A DNA stretch of 64,000 nucleotides from Mustelus asterias (Eukaryota). The DNA lies in assembly GCF_964213995.1 (NCBI RefSeq), contig NC_135808.1, forward strand, positions 32,736,001 to 32,800,000, in the 5' to 3' direction. The notes below the pieces were generated by a model. That model searched no databases. It was not told the origin of the DNA and saw only the letters and a program-made list of their open reading frames with translations. Below are positions 47,701-61,030 of the stretch, in pieces; the stretch's first letter is position 1; every line of letters begins with the position of its first letter. A program made the position numbers and the translations under genes.

Positions 47701-49435
47701 GTTTTACCCTGCTCACGGACCAGCGGTCCGTGGCATTCATGTTCAACAACACGTTAAGGGGTAAGATCAAAAATGATAAAATCTTGAGGTGGAGAATTGA
47801 ACTCTCCACCTACAACTATGATATCATGTACCGTCCGGGGAAGCTCAATGAGCCCTCAGATGCCCTGTCGTGTGGAACATGCGCAGTGTGCACCAGGACC
47901 GGCTACAGGCCCTCCACAATGATCTCTGCCATCCGGGGATCACTCGGCTCTTCCATTTTGTAAAGGCCTGGAATCTGCCCTACTCCGTAGAGGATGTCAG
48001 GTCAATAACTCGAAGCTGCCAGGTATGTGCTGAATGCAAGCCGCACTTCTACAGACCTGACAGGGCACACCTCATTAAGGCCACTTGCCCTTTTGAACGA
48101 CTGAGTGTTGATTTCAAGGGCCCCCTTCCTTCGACAGATCGGAATGCGTACTTCCTCAACGTGGTTGACGAGTACTCACGATTCCCTTTTGCCATTCCCT
48201 GTTCAGACATGACCGCTGCCATGGTTATCAAAGCCTTGCGGGATCTTTTCACCCTGTTTGGTTACCCCAGTTATATCCACAGTGATAGGGGTTCGTCGTT
48301 TATGAGTGACGACTTGAGGCAATACCTGCTCTCTAAAGGGATTGCCTCAAGTAGAACTAAGAGTTACAACCCATGGGGTAATGGACAGGTCGAAAGAGAA
48401 AACGCTACAGTCTGGAAGGCTGTCTTACTGGCGCTGAGGTCTAAGGGTCTTCCAGTCTCCCGTTGGCAAGAGGTACTTTCTGATGCGCTCCATTCAATCC
48501 GGTCCCTCCTGTGTACGGCAACCAATGCTACCCGACATGAGCGGATGTTTACCTTCCCTAGGAAGTCTTCCTCTGGGACCTCACTGCCGTCTTGGTTGAC
48601 GTACTCAGGACCTGTCCTCCTGGGGCGGCACGTTAGGACCCGCAAGTCCGACCCTTTGGTTGAACAGGTCAATCTCCTCCACGCCAACCCTCAATATGCC
48701 TATGTAGCATATCCTGACGGGCAAGAGGACACGGTCTCTATTCGAGATCTGGCGCCTGCAGGGGACCTGGAAAACCCCGTCGCTCCCGCACCCCTGGTTA
48801 GGGACCCCTTGCCCTTTATCTCCCCTCCTGACACGGCGCGGGCAGTATCGGGACCACCACTTAATCCTCTTACTCCCGTGTACAGCTTGCCTGAGTCCAG
48901 GAGATTGTCGCCACCTCGTGGTCCACCCATCCGTGAGGAACTGGAGGAGTCACTGGACACCGCCTTGGAAAGAGGGTCATCACGGTCACCAGAACCGGCG
49001 CTACCGCCAGTGTTGAGGAGGTCGCAGAGACGGTGCGGCCCTCCGATACGACTTAACTTGTGAATATCTGGACAGTTCGTACTGTTTTTTTTTGCCCACC
49101 GGCCTTTGTTTTTAAAGGAGGGGTGAATGTGGTGAACCATAGATGGTTACCACTATGGGTACTGAACCATAGATGGTTATCACGATGGGTACTTGTACAT
49201 ATGTTACTCTTGTTACTGTTGGGGTTAGGGTTGGTGTGTTCCACCTGTTAGCATTGTTCTGTGGTACAATCCGGTTGGCTCCGCCTTCCTATAGGAGTAT
49301 AAAGGTCACTGCACTTGCTAGTGACCCTTTAGTCTGGGATTGTATTGTTAAGCAGTATGCTCCATTCTTGTTGCTAATAAAAGCCTTTATTTCCCGGGTA
49401 CGATCCAGCCTCCCGAGTGAATTAATCGCACATCA
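44785..49435 (+). mobile_element. Full-length compact Gypsy LTR retrotransposon (defective)
   Basis: LTRs 44785-45062 and 49128-49435 (TG...CA); 5-bp TSD aaagc; PPT aaaggaggggtgaa; the 3' LTR carries a 30-bp tandem duplication. Confidence 0.97.
45102..49063 (+). pseudogene. Single gag-pol ORF broken by one stop and one frameshift
   Basis: TGA at 45834-45836 replaces the Cys in knuckle CST*GKKGHYAKVC; FDSGS protease; YLDN RT; ESDASD RNase H; frameshift at about 47885; HHCC and VDFKGP/HSDRG/QVER integrase. Confidence 0.92.
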
Positions 49436-49829
49436 AAAGCCAGGGAATAAAGTCAAATAATAATATTCGTCAAAGATAGCCTTTCAGATTGCAACTTAAA
49501 TAGAAATCAGGCCACATTGTCTGCTTCCAGCTGCACATGAAGAAAAAGACCGATTTCAAAACTGACTGCCCAATTAAAGGCTGGCCAGTTTGAAAAACTG
49601 GACATTGGTGCAGCGCTTCCAGCAAGGGCGGGAGCTTGACAGGCGCCGGGTTAAATAGTGACTCAGAGTGGGGTATAAAATGAGCCCAGCCAGCTCCCTC
49701 ACGGCTGTCAAGAGTTGGGGAGGAGTTTAAGTGAGCTGTCGATAAGTGAGTGGAAAATCTGGCACAATTGATAGTCTCAGCGCCCAGTGGGCATGGCAGG
49801 TGGGATTTCAATGCTGGTGGGCACTCTGA

Positions 49830-50730
49830 CCTATGATTCTCTTACAATTGTCTGCGCACTCTGATGGAGACAGTTAAGTGTTCAGCATGAACCATTAATG
49901 CCACAGGATGACAAGAGGCTACGCAACCAGACAAACAAGGCCTGGATGGAGGTGGCTGTCCAGGGGAGTGGACATGATGTGGATCCACAGTTCAATGATC
50001 TTCCGCGTTCCACAAGGGTGATACGGAACTGAGTATAGATTTAATAGAATCCCTGCAGTGCAGAAGGAGGCTATTCGATCCATCGAGTTTGCACAAACTC
50101 GCCGACAGAGTTTTACCCAAACCGACCTCCGGCACCATTCCTGGAATCCCACACATTTACCCTGCCAATCCCCCTCATCTTGGGACACTAAGGGGCAATT
50201 TAGCACAGCCAATCCACTGAACCTGCACATCTTTGGCCTGTGGAAGGAAACCAGAGCACACAGACGAAACGCACAGAGACAAGGGGAGGATGTGCAAATG
50301 CCGCACGGACAGTTACCCGAAGCCGGAATTGAACCCAGGTCCCTGGCGCTATGAGGCAGCAGTGCTAACCACTGTGCCCGGCAAGATGGCTTGGATGATG
50401 ACCATAAGTTGCGGCACTCAGGGGTGTGAAATGCATACCGTGAACAGCCATATGTCCATCTACTTGCCAAGAGTGAGAGATGGGTGAGGAGTGCCAATCT
50501 GATGAGCAACTCAAGCTGGCTCTCAGGATGCATGGCTCACAAAGCTGGAATGCTGTTGCAGGTTGAGAATGGATGAATGAATGCATTTGTTTCTGTTCAG
50601 AAGAGAAAGAAACATGTGCTGGAGCGCACACAAACAGGTGGTGGGGTCCCCAACACCCAGATCCTGTCCAGGTTTGAGATGACGCCCAGGACATGGAATG
50701 CAAGTGATGAGGAAGACCCACAGGTTCCAG
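49830..50730 (+). mobile_element. Harbinger Myb/SANT gene remnant, split by a V-SINE at about 50045-50378 (-)
   Basis: AWMEVA and ERTQTGGGVPNTQILSRFE resemble the Myb exons at 19270 and 36470. Confidence 0.55.
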
Positions 50731-51324
50731 AGTGGCATGGGTCTCAGAGGACGATAAAAGTGCAGTGGACAGATGAGAAACTGGAATGTGCGAGAAAGGG
50801 CAGGGTCATGGCATCTTCAATGAGAAGTTTGAATCCTGAGCACCCAAAAACAGAAAATGCTGGATAAACGCAGTAGGTCTGACAGCATCTGTGGAGAGAT
50901 AAACAGAGTTCAAGTTTTGGGTCCCTATAACCCATCTGAAGAACTAAGTACCCATTGCTTGGCCATTCACAATGACAGCGAGGCATGCGTCCATTGAAAT
51001 GGGGCTTCCAAGCAACACAGCAATTATGGGGTTAAAATGATTATCAGACGCTAAGCTTATAAAGTGCAGTCTTGTGAGTCACACGGTTTGTTTCAGTAAA
51101 CAACATTACAAACACTTCTCATGAGGACATTCTGTTGGATGATCCTTGGCATCCTTCGCACCCACTTTGAGCCAGCATGTCTGTCCCTCAGACAGACATT
51201 AGTGCTAATGTTATTTCCTAACTGAAAACAATGGACCCTGAACTGTCCCTCCAAAGTTGATATTTATGTGAAGATTTCTCTCCTTCCGTGACAGGGGTAA
51301 ATGGATTATGTTTTTTGGCTGAGA

Positions 51325-52222
51325 CTTATGACTGTGTGACCAAATTCCGTTCCAACTCCATTTTCAAGTTTGTTGATGACACCACCATAGTGGGTCGGAT
51401 CTCAAACAGTGATGAGATGGAGTACAGGAAAGAGGTAAAGAATCTGGTGAAATGGTGCAATGACAATAATCTCTCCCTCAATGTCAGTAAAGCAAAGGAG
51501 ATTGTCATCGACTTGAGGAAGCGTAGTGGAGGACATGTCCCTGTTTACTTCAGTGGGGATTAAGTGGAAATGTTCGAAAGGTTCAAGTTTTGAGGTGTCC
51601 AGATCACCAACAACCTGTCCTGGTCCCTCCAGGCCAACATTATAGTTAAAAAAACCACCAACGCCTCTACTTTCTCAGCAGGCTAAGGAAGTTTGGCATG
51701 TCCGCTGAAACTCTCACCAATTTTTACAAGTGCACCATAGAACACATCCTTTTTGGACGTATTACAGCTTGGTATGGCTCCTGTTCTGACCAAGACCACA
51801 AAAAACGACAAACGGTTGTGAACGTAGCCCAGTCATCACGCAAACCAGCCTCCCATCCATTGACTCAGTCTACACTTCCCATGCCTCGGAAAAACAGCCA
51901 GCATAATCAAGGACTCCACGCACCCCAGCCATACTCTGATCCACCTTCTTCCGTCTAAAAAAGATACAAAGGTCTGAGATCACACACCCACCAACTCAAG
52001 AGCAGCTCCTTCCCTGCTGCCATCAGACTTTTGAATGGACCTACCATATATTAAGCTGATCTTTCTCTACATCCTAACTATGACTGTAACACTATATTCT
52101 GCATCCTCTCCTTTCCTTCTCCCCTATGTACTTGATGAACAGTATGCTTTGTCTGTATAGCGTGCAAGAAACAAGACTTTTCACTGTACACCAATACAGC
52201 TGACAAGAATAAATCAAAATCA
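51325..52222 (+). mobile_element. Rex1/Babar-type LINE 3' part
   Basis: YDCV...KFVDDTTIVGRISNSDEMEYRKEV...NNLSLNVSK; FYKCTIEHIL...AWYGSC; aataaatcaaaatc tail. Confidence 0.8.
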
Positions 52223-52577
52223 AAGAATCACAATGGCCTCCTCATTTTTTTAACTGGTTAACATGGTGGTGATTATCCTGTGGTGTCTCTTTGATAGTGT
52301 CAGTTCTGTTGTCGGGGATACCGTGATTGTAACAAAACAAGAATTGTACATGAACTGTTTTGAAACTCTGTTATGTTGGAGAAGTCTCCTGGTTTACTCG
52401 TCGAGATTGTTTCCCCAACTGTATAAAAGAATAAAGGCTGCTTGACATTTGAACAAAAGATCCTGTGAGTGTTGGTTTAAAATATTGCACAACACTGTTT
52501 TGGCAAGCAACCGTCATGCTTACACAGACACTGAGTGATGATGTTCTTAACTGACATACAGATTCACCGAGCAATTT

Positions 52578-52870
52578 TTATTTATTAGTCACAAGTAGGC
52601 TTACAGTAACATTGCAATGAAGTTATTGTGAAAATCCCCGAGTCATCACACCTCAGCGCCTGTTTGGGTACACTGAGGGAGAATTTAGCATGGTCAATCC
52701 AGCTAACCTGCACATCTTTGGACTGTGGGAGGAAACCGGAGCACCCGGAGGAAACCCACACAGACACGGGGAGAATGTGCAAACTCCACACAGACAGTGA
52801 CCCAAGCCAGGAATCGAACCCAGGTCCCTGATGCTGTGAGGCAGCAATGCTAACCACTGTGTCACCCTGC
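52578..52870 (-). mobile_element. V-SINE (same subfamily as 16049 and 55488)
   Basis: tttattagtcacaagtaggcttac tail and tRNA-like head. Confidence 0.85.
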
Positions 52871-53714
52871 TGCCAATACAAGCACAGCAGCTGAAATGAA
52901 AAACAGGGCAGAGAAGTTAGCCAAAAAGCAAGGTTTGCTCAGTCCAAACACACGGAGACAATTCTGCCCGGAGACAGGCTTTTGCAAGATTCAAGCTCAG
53001 ACAATTGAAAACCAGAGATGCTCCAGAACACATCAGCAAGTATAAAAGGTCAGTTAGACATTTCCTGACAAATCACCACTAGGTACATGGGGCAGATGTG
53101 CCTCAGTAAAACAAAGCCAGGTGCATACTCTGAGCAAAAAATCAGACACCGAGGCCCAAAGCAGACACATACAAGGGGTTCACCGTTCGCAAGCCATCGG
53201 AAACCATTAATGATATTTCAATATGATAAAACCAATTAACTCAATACCCCTGATTGATCAAGTCCTTGGAAAATTCCAGAAGGTAGCCAGAAAGGTATTA
53301 AAACCCAGCGCTGAGAGGATTCGACCTGACCCCCAGCCTATTGAAAAGCACATCTGGACATGGCAAAGATCAGAGCAGCTTGTCCTCTGGAGATACTCTG
53401 AACCAGACAACACCCAACTTTCACTTCTCTTATATCCTGTGATACATTTCCATTTACTATGTTCAGTTGTTCCTCCTCTCTTGTTGGGATTCTCATATCC
53501 TGGGTAATAAAAGAGTTCTGAACATATTATAGCAATTCCATTTCAGTATCTCCTTTATCTACTTCTTCTGACCAATTAATATCAGGAGAGTTGAAAGTCT
53601 ACATGATGACATTTTTTACTTGTTTCTCCAATTTGTCTGTATATTTCATCTCTCTCCCTTTCACTAATCGGTGGTCTGTATATTACAATATTATTTTTGA
53701 AACTTGTTGGTCGC

Positions 53715-54525
53715 CTCATGAGGAGCGTCAGAGGATGCAGCAGGATACAGATCGGTTGGAGACTTGGGTGGAGAGAAGGCAGATGGAGTTTAATCTGGAC
53801 AAATGTGAGTTAATGCATTTTGGAAGGTGTAATACAGATGGGAAATATACAGTAAATGGCAGAACCCTGAAGAGTATTGATCGGCAGAGGGATCTGGGTG
53901 TACAGGTACACAGGTCATGAAAGTGGCAACGCAGGTGGAGAGGGTAGTCAAGAACGCACATGACATGCTTGCCTTCATCAGCCAGGGCACTGAGTTTAAA
54001 AATTGGCAAGTCATGTTGCAGCTTTATAGAACCTTAGTTAGGCCCCACTTGGAATATAGTGTTCAATTCTGCTCGCCATACTACCAGAAGGATGTGGAGG
54101 CTTTGGAGAGGGTACAGAAAAGATTTACCAAGATGTTGCCTGGTATGGAGGGCATTAGCTATGAGGAGAGGTTCAAAAACTTGGTTTGTTCTCACTGGAA
54201 CGACGGAGGTTGAGGGGCGACCTGATAGAAGTCTACAAGATTATGAGAGGCATGGACAGAGTGGATAGTCAGAAGCTTTTCCCCAGGGTGGAAGAGTCAA
54301 TTACTGGAGGGCATAGGTTTACGGTGCGAGGGGCAATGTTTAAAGGAGGTGTACAAGGCTAGTTTTTTTTACAGAGGGTGGTGGGTGCCTGGAACTCGCT
54401 GCCAGGGAACGTAGTGGAAGCAGATATGAAAATGTGATTTTTAAAGGGCGTCTTGACAAATACATGAATAGAATGGGAATAAAGGAATATGGTCTGTTCC
54501 TGTGCTGTAATTTTCCTTGTTCTTT
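53715..54525 (+). mobile_element. CR1 LINE 3' part
   Basis: QMEFNLDKCELMHFG, LVRPHLEYSVQF; frameshifted. Confidence 0.88.
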
Positions 54526-54932
54526 GGAAATCTTTTGTTCACTGTCCTTTATCTTTCATTACTCCTCTGTGAAGTGTGTTTGACGTTTTCTGGGTTAAAG
54601 GTTTTGTTCACAGGTAAGTTTTTATTCTTGATAAATTTGCTTAAGAGGTCCAAACCATTATTTGTTGAGATAGACATTGCACAACTTTTCAAACTCCATG
54701 CATTTTCAAGCTGTGGTTCAGGGACTATTTTCAAATGGATTTTTAATCACAGATCACCCATGTCCCTAAATGGGGAAACTGGTGTCCTGGGACAATTTGT
54801 AATTTGCCCCCATCCCTCTTATATTTATTGATATTTCTTATATTTACGGTCCCTTATTTCTTCCCCTGCATTCGAGTTTCATTGTATCACAAGTCAGTGA
54901 AAGGTGGAGGGCAGGTGGTGACATAGTGGTGT

Positions 54933-57170
54933 TCACAAAATCATACAGTGTCGAAGAGGCCCTTCAGCCCATCGAGTGACACCAACACTGAATTTACCGA
55001 CCGAATGCCATGTACCAGCACTTGGCCCATAGCCTTGAATGCTTTTATGTGCCAAGTGCTCATCCAGGTATTTTTGAAAGGATGTGAGACAACTTGCCTC
55101 TCCCACCCTCCCAGGCAGCGCATTCCAGACTCTGGGTAAAAAGGTTTTTTGCTCACATTCCCCGAAACCTCTTGCTTTCATTTTGAACTTGTGTCCCCTC
55201 GAGACTGACCCTTCAACTAATGGAAACAGCTGCTCCTTATCCACCCTCTCCATGTCCTTCATAATCTTATACACCTCCATCAGGTTGCCCTTCAGTCTTC
55301 TCTGTTCCAACAAAAACAACCCAAGCCTATCCAACCTCTCCTCATAACTTAAATGTTCCATCCCAGACAACATTCTGGTGAATCTCCTCTGCACTCCCTC
55401 CAGTCAAATCACATCCTTCCACAATGTGACGACCAGAACTGCACAGTATTTTAGCTGTGACCTCAACAAAGTTCTATACAACTCAGTTAAAGTTTAAAGT
55501 TTTAAAGTTTATTTATTATTAGTGTCACAAGTAGACTTACATGAAATCACTGTGAAAATCCCCTAGTTGCCACACTCCCGGCTCCTGTTCAGGTACACTG
55601 AGGGAGAATTTAGCATGGCCAATGCACCTAACCAGCACGTCTTTCGGACTGTGGGAGGAAACCGGAGCACCCAGAGGAAACCCACGCAGACACGGGGAGA
55701 ACGTGCAAACTTCACACAGTCACCCAAGCTGGGAATGAAACCTGGGTCCCTGGCGCTGTGAGGCAGCAGTGCTAATCACTGTGGCACTGTGCCGCCCCAT
55801 GGAACTGCATGACTTCCCTGCTTTTGTAATCTATGCCTCAATTGATAAAGGTCTATGTCTTTTCCATCGCCCTATTAACATGCCTTTCTGCCTTCAGAGA
55901 TCTATGGATAAACACGCCAAGATCCATCTGTTCCACATAACTTCCTAGTGTCATGGTGTTTATTGAATACTTCCTTGTCAAATTACTCCTTCCAAAGTGT
56001 ATCACCTCACACTTTTCAGGGTTAAATTCTATCTGCCACTTATCTGCCCAATTGCCGATCCCGTCTACACCTTCTTGTAGCCCAAGACACTCAACCTCCA
56101 TGTTAACCACCCAGCCAATCTTTGTGTCACCCCCGAGCTTACTGATCCTACTCCCCACGTAGTCATCTATGTCGCTTATATGAATGATGAATAATAGGAG
56201 ACCCAGCACAGATCCCTGTGGAATTCCACTGGGCACTGGCTTCCAGTCACTAAAGCAGCCCTTTGTCATCAGCCTCTGTCTCCTACAACTCAGCCAATTT
56301 TAAATCCACCTTATCAAATTACCCTTGTCGAAGGTTTTGCTGAAATCCATATAAATCACATCAACTGCACTATCGTCACCTACACAACTCGTCACCTCCT
56401 CAAAAAACTCAATCAAATGTTAGGCATGACATCCCAATGATAAAGCCATTTTGACTATCCCTGATCAAACCTTGCCTCTCCAAGTGGAGAAAGATTCTCT
56501 CCTTCTGAATTTTCTCCAATAGTTTCCCTACCCTGACGTGACAATGGTTTAGCTCGACAACCCTTCTTAAACAGCGGAACCACATTAGCTGTTCTCCAGT
56601 CTTCTGGCACCTCCCCCATGGCCAATGAGGAATTAAAGATTTGGGTCAGTGCCCCTGCAATCTCCTCCCTTGCTTCCCACAACAGCCTATGACATGATTT
56701 GTCCACTTCTAAGGCTGCCAGCACCTCCAAAACCTTGTCACTCCCTCTATCAATTTACTCAACAACCTCAGTCTCTCTCCCTGAATTCCATACCTTCATC
56801 CTCATTTTCTTGGGTGAAAACAGAGGCAAAGTATTCATTCAACACTCCACCGATGTTCTCTGGCTCCACCTACAGATTGCCCCCTGGTCCAGAATGGGCC
56901 CTATTCTTTCCATGGTTCTCCTCTTTCCATTGATATACTTCTAGAATATCTTGAGCTTTTCCCTCCTTTTACCAGCCAGAGCTTTCTCAAATATCCTCTT
57001 TACTCTCCTGATTGTTTTCTTAAGCTCCACCTTGCACTTTCTGTACTCCACCAATGCCTCCACTGATTTGCTCCCCTTGTATGTGCTAAAAGCCTCCCTC
57101 ATACTTCTCATTATATCCCGAATATCTCTGGTCATCCATGGTTCTCTGGGCTTGTTACTCCTTCATATCA
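54933..57170 (-). mobile_element. Older CR1 LINE, split by a V-SINE at 55488-55798
   Basis: EVPEDWRTANVVPLFKKG, IPQGSVLG, LFLLEQRRLKGNL. Confidence 0.85.
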
Positions 57171-57179
57171 CTCGAGAAG

Positions 57180-58130
57180 GAAGTTGGGCATGGGGGAAGC
57201 TGGGGGTAGGGGAGGGGTGAAGTTGGGGGAGGGGATGAAGTTGGGGGAGGGGGTAAATTTGGGGAGGGGGTAAATGTGGGGAGGGAGGCGGGGGTAAGTT
57301 GGGATGGGGGAGGGGGTGAAGTTGGGGGTAGGAGTAAAGTTAGGGAGGGAGGAGGGCATAAATTGAGGGTGGGGTAAGAGGGTGAAGTTGGAGGTGGGAT
57401 TGGGTGTGATGGTGGATGCAGGGTGCAGCTTGGGGAGGGATTATGTTGGGAGTATGGGAGGGGGGTGAAGTTGGGGTGGGGGTAAAGTTAGGGGTGTGGG
57501 TGAAGTTGGGAGGGGGGTGAAGTTGGGGGTGGGTGGGGGTGAAGTTGGGAGTGAAGTTGTGGGTGGGGGTGAAGTTGGGTGTGTTGATGGGGTGAAGTGG
57601 GTGAGGGTGAAGTTGGGGGAAGGGGTGCTGATGGGAGCGGGGATGAAGTTGGGGGAGGGGGTAAGTTGGGGGTAAGGAAGGGAGTGAAGTTAGGGTTTTG
57701 GGAGGGGCTGAAGTTGGGGGTGGAGGTGAGGGAGGGGTAAGGGATGCGGGTGGGGGGTGGTGGGGATTCAGGGAGTTTAACGATTGTCCCCGCGTGACAG
57801 CTGCTTGCTCTTTTCTCAGATATCCTGACTATCTCTGATCATCCACGGTTCTCAGGGCTTGTTACTCCATATCACTCGAGAAATACGTTAGAGGGGGTAA
57901 GGTAGGGGGTGAAGTTGGCAGTGGGGGTGGGAGTGCAGTTGGGGTAAAGTTAGGGGCGAAGTTGAGGGTTGGGCGAGGGTGAAGCTGGGGTGGGGGAGGA
58001 TGGAAATTGGGGGAGGGGTGGTGCAAGTGAGGTTCGAGGATGGGGAGGTAGTTTTTAGGGGGTGGGGTAGGGGTTGGGGATCAGGGGGAGAGGTTGGGGT
58101 TCTGGGTGGAGGGGTTGGGGTTCGGGGGGT
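57180..58130. repeat. G-rich minisatellite in two tandemly duplicated blocks
   Basis: ggggtgaagttggggga-like units; shared anchors at 57114/57821 and 57777/58131. Confidence 0.85.
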
Positions 58131-58211
58131 TTAACGGCTGCTTCCCGTGTGACAGCCGCTCATGCTTTTCTCTGATTCAAACTCCCGCGCAACCGCCACT
58201 CGGAGCGTCAG

Positions 58212-58296
58212 AACTACATCTCCCATCAGGCACTGGGGAAGCCCCTGGTTCCACACTGCCGCTCAGCACCGCCAGGCAGCATGGGTAATGTAGTTC
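58212..58296. promoter_or_regulatory. Two inverted ZNF143/Staf-type (SBS) motifs, candidate promoter
   Basis: aactacatctcccatcaggcactg (+) and gaactacattacccatgctgcc (-) in a CpG-containing patch. Confidence 0.65.
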
Positions 58297-58532
58297 ACAG
58301 CCAATGAGCTCCTCGTGCTGGGTGGGGGGGCGTGGGGGGCGGTCGTTCACACCATGGAGACTAAATAATCCTTCAAAAAACACCAGGAACAAACCTGCTT
58401 CAATTGTTCAACAAAATCACAGAGAAGCTTCATCATAATGGGTTATGAGGTGCTGTAGATGGGGATAGTTTTCCAGAGTGTAGCTGAGCAGAGACACCTT
58501 GGTGCCCATGTGTATTTTCACACAGATTAGGA

Positions 58533-59070
58533 ATGATTCAATTCCAAGTCAGGATGGTCAGTGACTGGAAGGGGAATTTCCAGGAGCTGCTGTTCCCATC
58601 CAGCTGCGGCTCATTTCTGTCTAAGTGGCAGGAATGGGGGGGTTCGAAGGGTTTTTTTTGGTTCCACATTCGAGGTCAGCATTGTTTGCCCATCCCTAAT
58701 TGCCCTGGGGTGGTGGTGCTGAGCTGCCTTTTGGAGCCGCTGCAGTCCCTGAGTTGTAGGTACTCCCCCAGTGCTGTTAGGGAGAGAGGTCAGGGTCCTG
58801 ACCCAGCGCAGGAGCTGTGCTGGGTCGCTGCAGAGCTTGTAGATGGTGCACATTGCAGCCAGTGTGTGTGGGTGGTGGGGGAAGTGAAGGTTTAGGGTGA
58901 TGGATGGGTGCCAGTCGAGAGGGTTAGTTTGAGCTGGAGAGCATCGAGATTCATAACTATTTTGCTTGAGCTGCCACTAATCCAGGCAAGTGGAGAATAT
59001 TCCATCACACTCCTGACTTGTGCCTCGGAGATGGTGGACTTGCTTTGGGGAGCTGGTCTCCGCGAATAAG
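58533..59070 (-). mobile_element. Degenerate non-LTR retrotransposon 3' part (CR1/L2 group)
   Basis: AQVRSVMEYSPLAW, CTIYKLC, QRLQKAAQHHH. Confidence 0.6.
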
Positions 59071-59629
59071 AACTTATAATGAAACGGTTCCAAATCTTTA
59101 GATTCCAATCCCAGTTAGAGTCACAGAAACGACTAGGGTTGCAAACTCCATCTGAGACTGTGCCCCACACTGAGACCCATGTGGAGTCTGCCATTTCCCT
59201 GTGTGTCTTCCATCTCAGGATTTTGTTCCTCCATGTTTGTGTGTGTGAAAGTGGGAAAGGATCTGAATATAGAACAGAGGATGCTGGAGAAACTCAGCAG
59301 GTCTGGCAGCATCTGTCGGGAGAGCAAACAGTCAACATTTTGAGTTTTTGTTTTTGTTTCAGATTCCATCATCCGCAGTAATTTGCTTTCAACATTTTGA
59401 GTCTGTTTGTTGCTTCCTCAGAACTGAAGAGCGGAGGAATGACATTAAACTGTAACTGTGAGAGATTGCAACAAGATGTAGCAACCTTCAGAACATGAGA
59501 TGATCGTATGGTGTGGGAGTGAGGCGGGGAGGGTGGAAAGAGAGGATTATTGTATTCAAACAGTAAATGTATGGGATATTTTTTTTAAAGGAGTTTAAGA
59601 TGGAGTAAAAAGGTCCCAGTCTAAAGTTG

Positions 59630-60030
59630 TTGAACTCAATATTGGGTCCAGAAGGCTGTAACAGGCCTAATCAGCAGATGAGGTGCTGTTCTTCCAGTTT
59701 GCATTGGGCTTCACTGGAACATCACAGTAGGCCAAGGGCAGGCATGTAGGCATGAGAGCAAGATGGTGAGTTACAATGTCAAGCAACAGGAAGGTTGGGG
59801 TCATGCTTGCAGAATGAGTGAAGATATTCCACAAAGGAGTCACCCCAGTCTGCGTTTAACCTTCCCAAAGTAGAAGAGACTCCATTGGGAACAGTGAATA
59901 CATTTAAACCAAACTGAATAGAGTGCTGGTGAAACGCGACTGAACCTGAAAGGAATGTTTGGGGCCTTGAGCGGTGGGAAGGAGGACGTAAAGGGGCAGG
60001 TGTCACACCTTCTGTGAGTGCCTGGGAAGG
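59630..60030 (-). mobile_element. Old Penelope-like GIY-YIG remnant (second family)
   Basis: Frameshifted ...GDSFVEYLHSFCKHDPNLPVA, resembling the PLE endonuclease pattern LGDRFAEHL...LPVA. Confidence 0.6.
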
Positions 60031-60177
60031 GTATGAGAAGTTGGGTGTGACTGACAGCTCAATAGACACTACCACTCGCTCCACCAAAAACATCTTCATT
60101 TCCCCTGTGGGTCGTGTCCTCATCATCTCACTGATCCCACTCACCATCCATACAAACCAGGTATCTGTCCTGGCAAA

Positions 60178-61030
60178 TGTGTGCTGTTAGTTTTTTAAAT
60201 TATGTCTTCTGCAGTTAAGCAGCTTTGGTTTTTTTTCTTGTTTTCTTGGCTGTCTGGTTAGAAGTCCTTTTATTGCTGCTTCAATTGCTTAAATGGGGTT
60301 TTGTTTATTTTTACTCTGGGCCTCAGGTACTTTCTGGGATCTTTTATGACCCTGAATTGTGAGAGGGAAGATTGATTGACAAGTCAAAGTCAGTGGTTCC
60401 TCCCTAGGAAAATCTAAGGATTCATCTTCAGTTTTGGTTTTAGAATCAGAAGCTGCCCTGGTTGTCACGTGCAAAGCAGTGTTTCTCACCATCTCCCTGG
60501 GAATGGCAATTCCGCTGGCTAGCTGGAAGCAAGGCTTTTAGCCTTCCTGGAGTGAAAATTCTGCTGTTGGTGGTTCACTAGCTAGTAACTAGAGTGTCTC
60601 TCTGCCTGGTATTTTGGGAAGCTGTTCTCATTCCAAGTTTGTCTGTGTGTTTCTCAAGAGAACAGCAGCATCCAACCAAAGGACAAAGCTCCGGCGTCAC
60701 ATGAGCATTCGTATTTGTGGTGTTAAACCTGTGGCAAGGGTTCTGTTTATGAGGACGTTTATTTGATTGGAACATTGCACATTAGTTAAGGGTTATACAA
60801 TATCATGGGTTTTTTCTTGGTTGTAATTGGTAAAATTGCTAATTTTCTTTCCATATGTGTTAATTGTATTGTTAAATAAACTTTGCTTGGTAAAAGCTCC
60901 CTAGTGGGTCAGTTGAATCATACCAGAAGTGAAACATCTCATGCTCACCCCAGCCAAATTCAAATTGCAAAACCCATGATCCAGGCGGACTTCATAAAAC
61001 CCTTTGGAGTTTCTGACCTAAATTATAACA
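60178..61030 (+). repeat. Possible solo LTR
   Basis: aataaa at 60875 and terminus ttataaca at about 61030; no partner copy, start uncertain. Confidence 0.35.
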
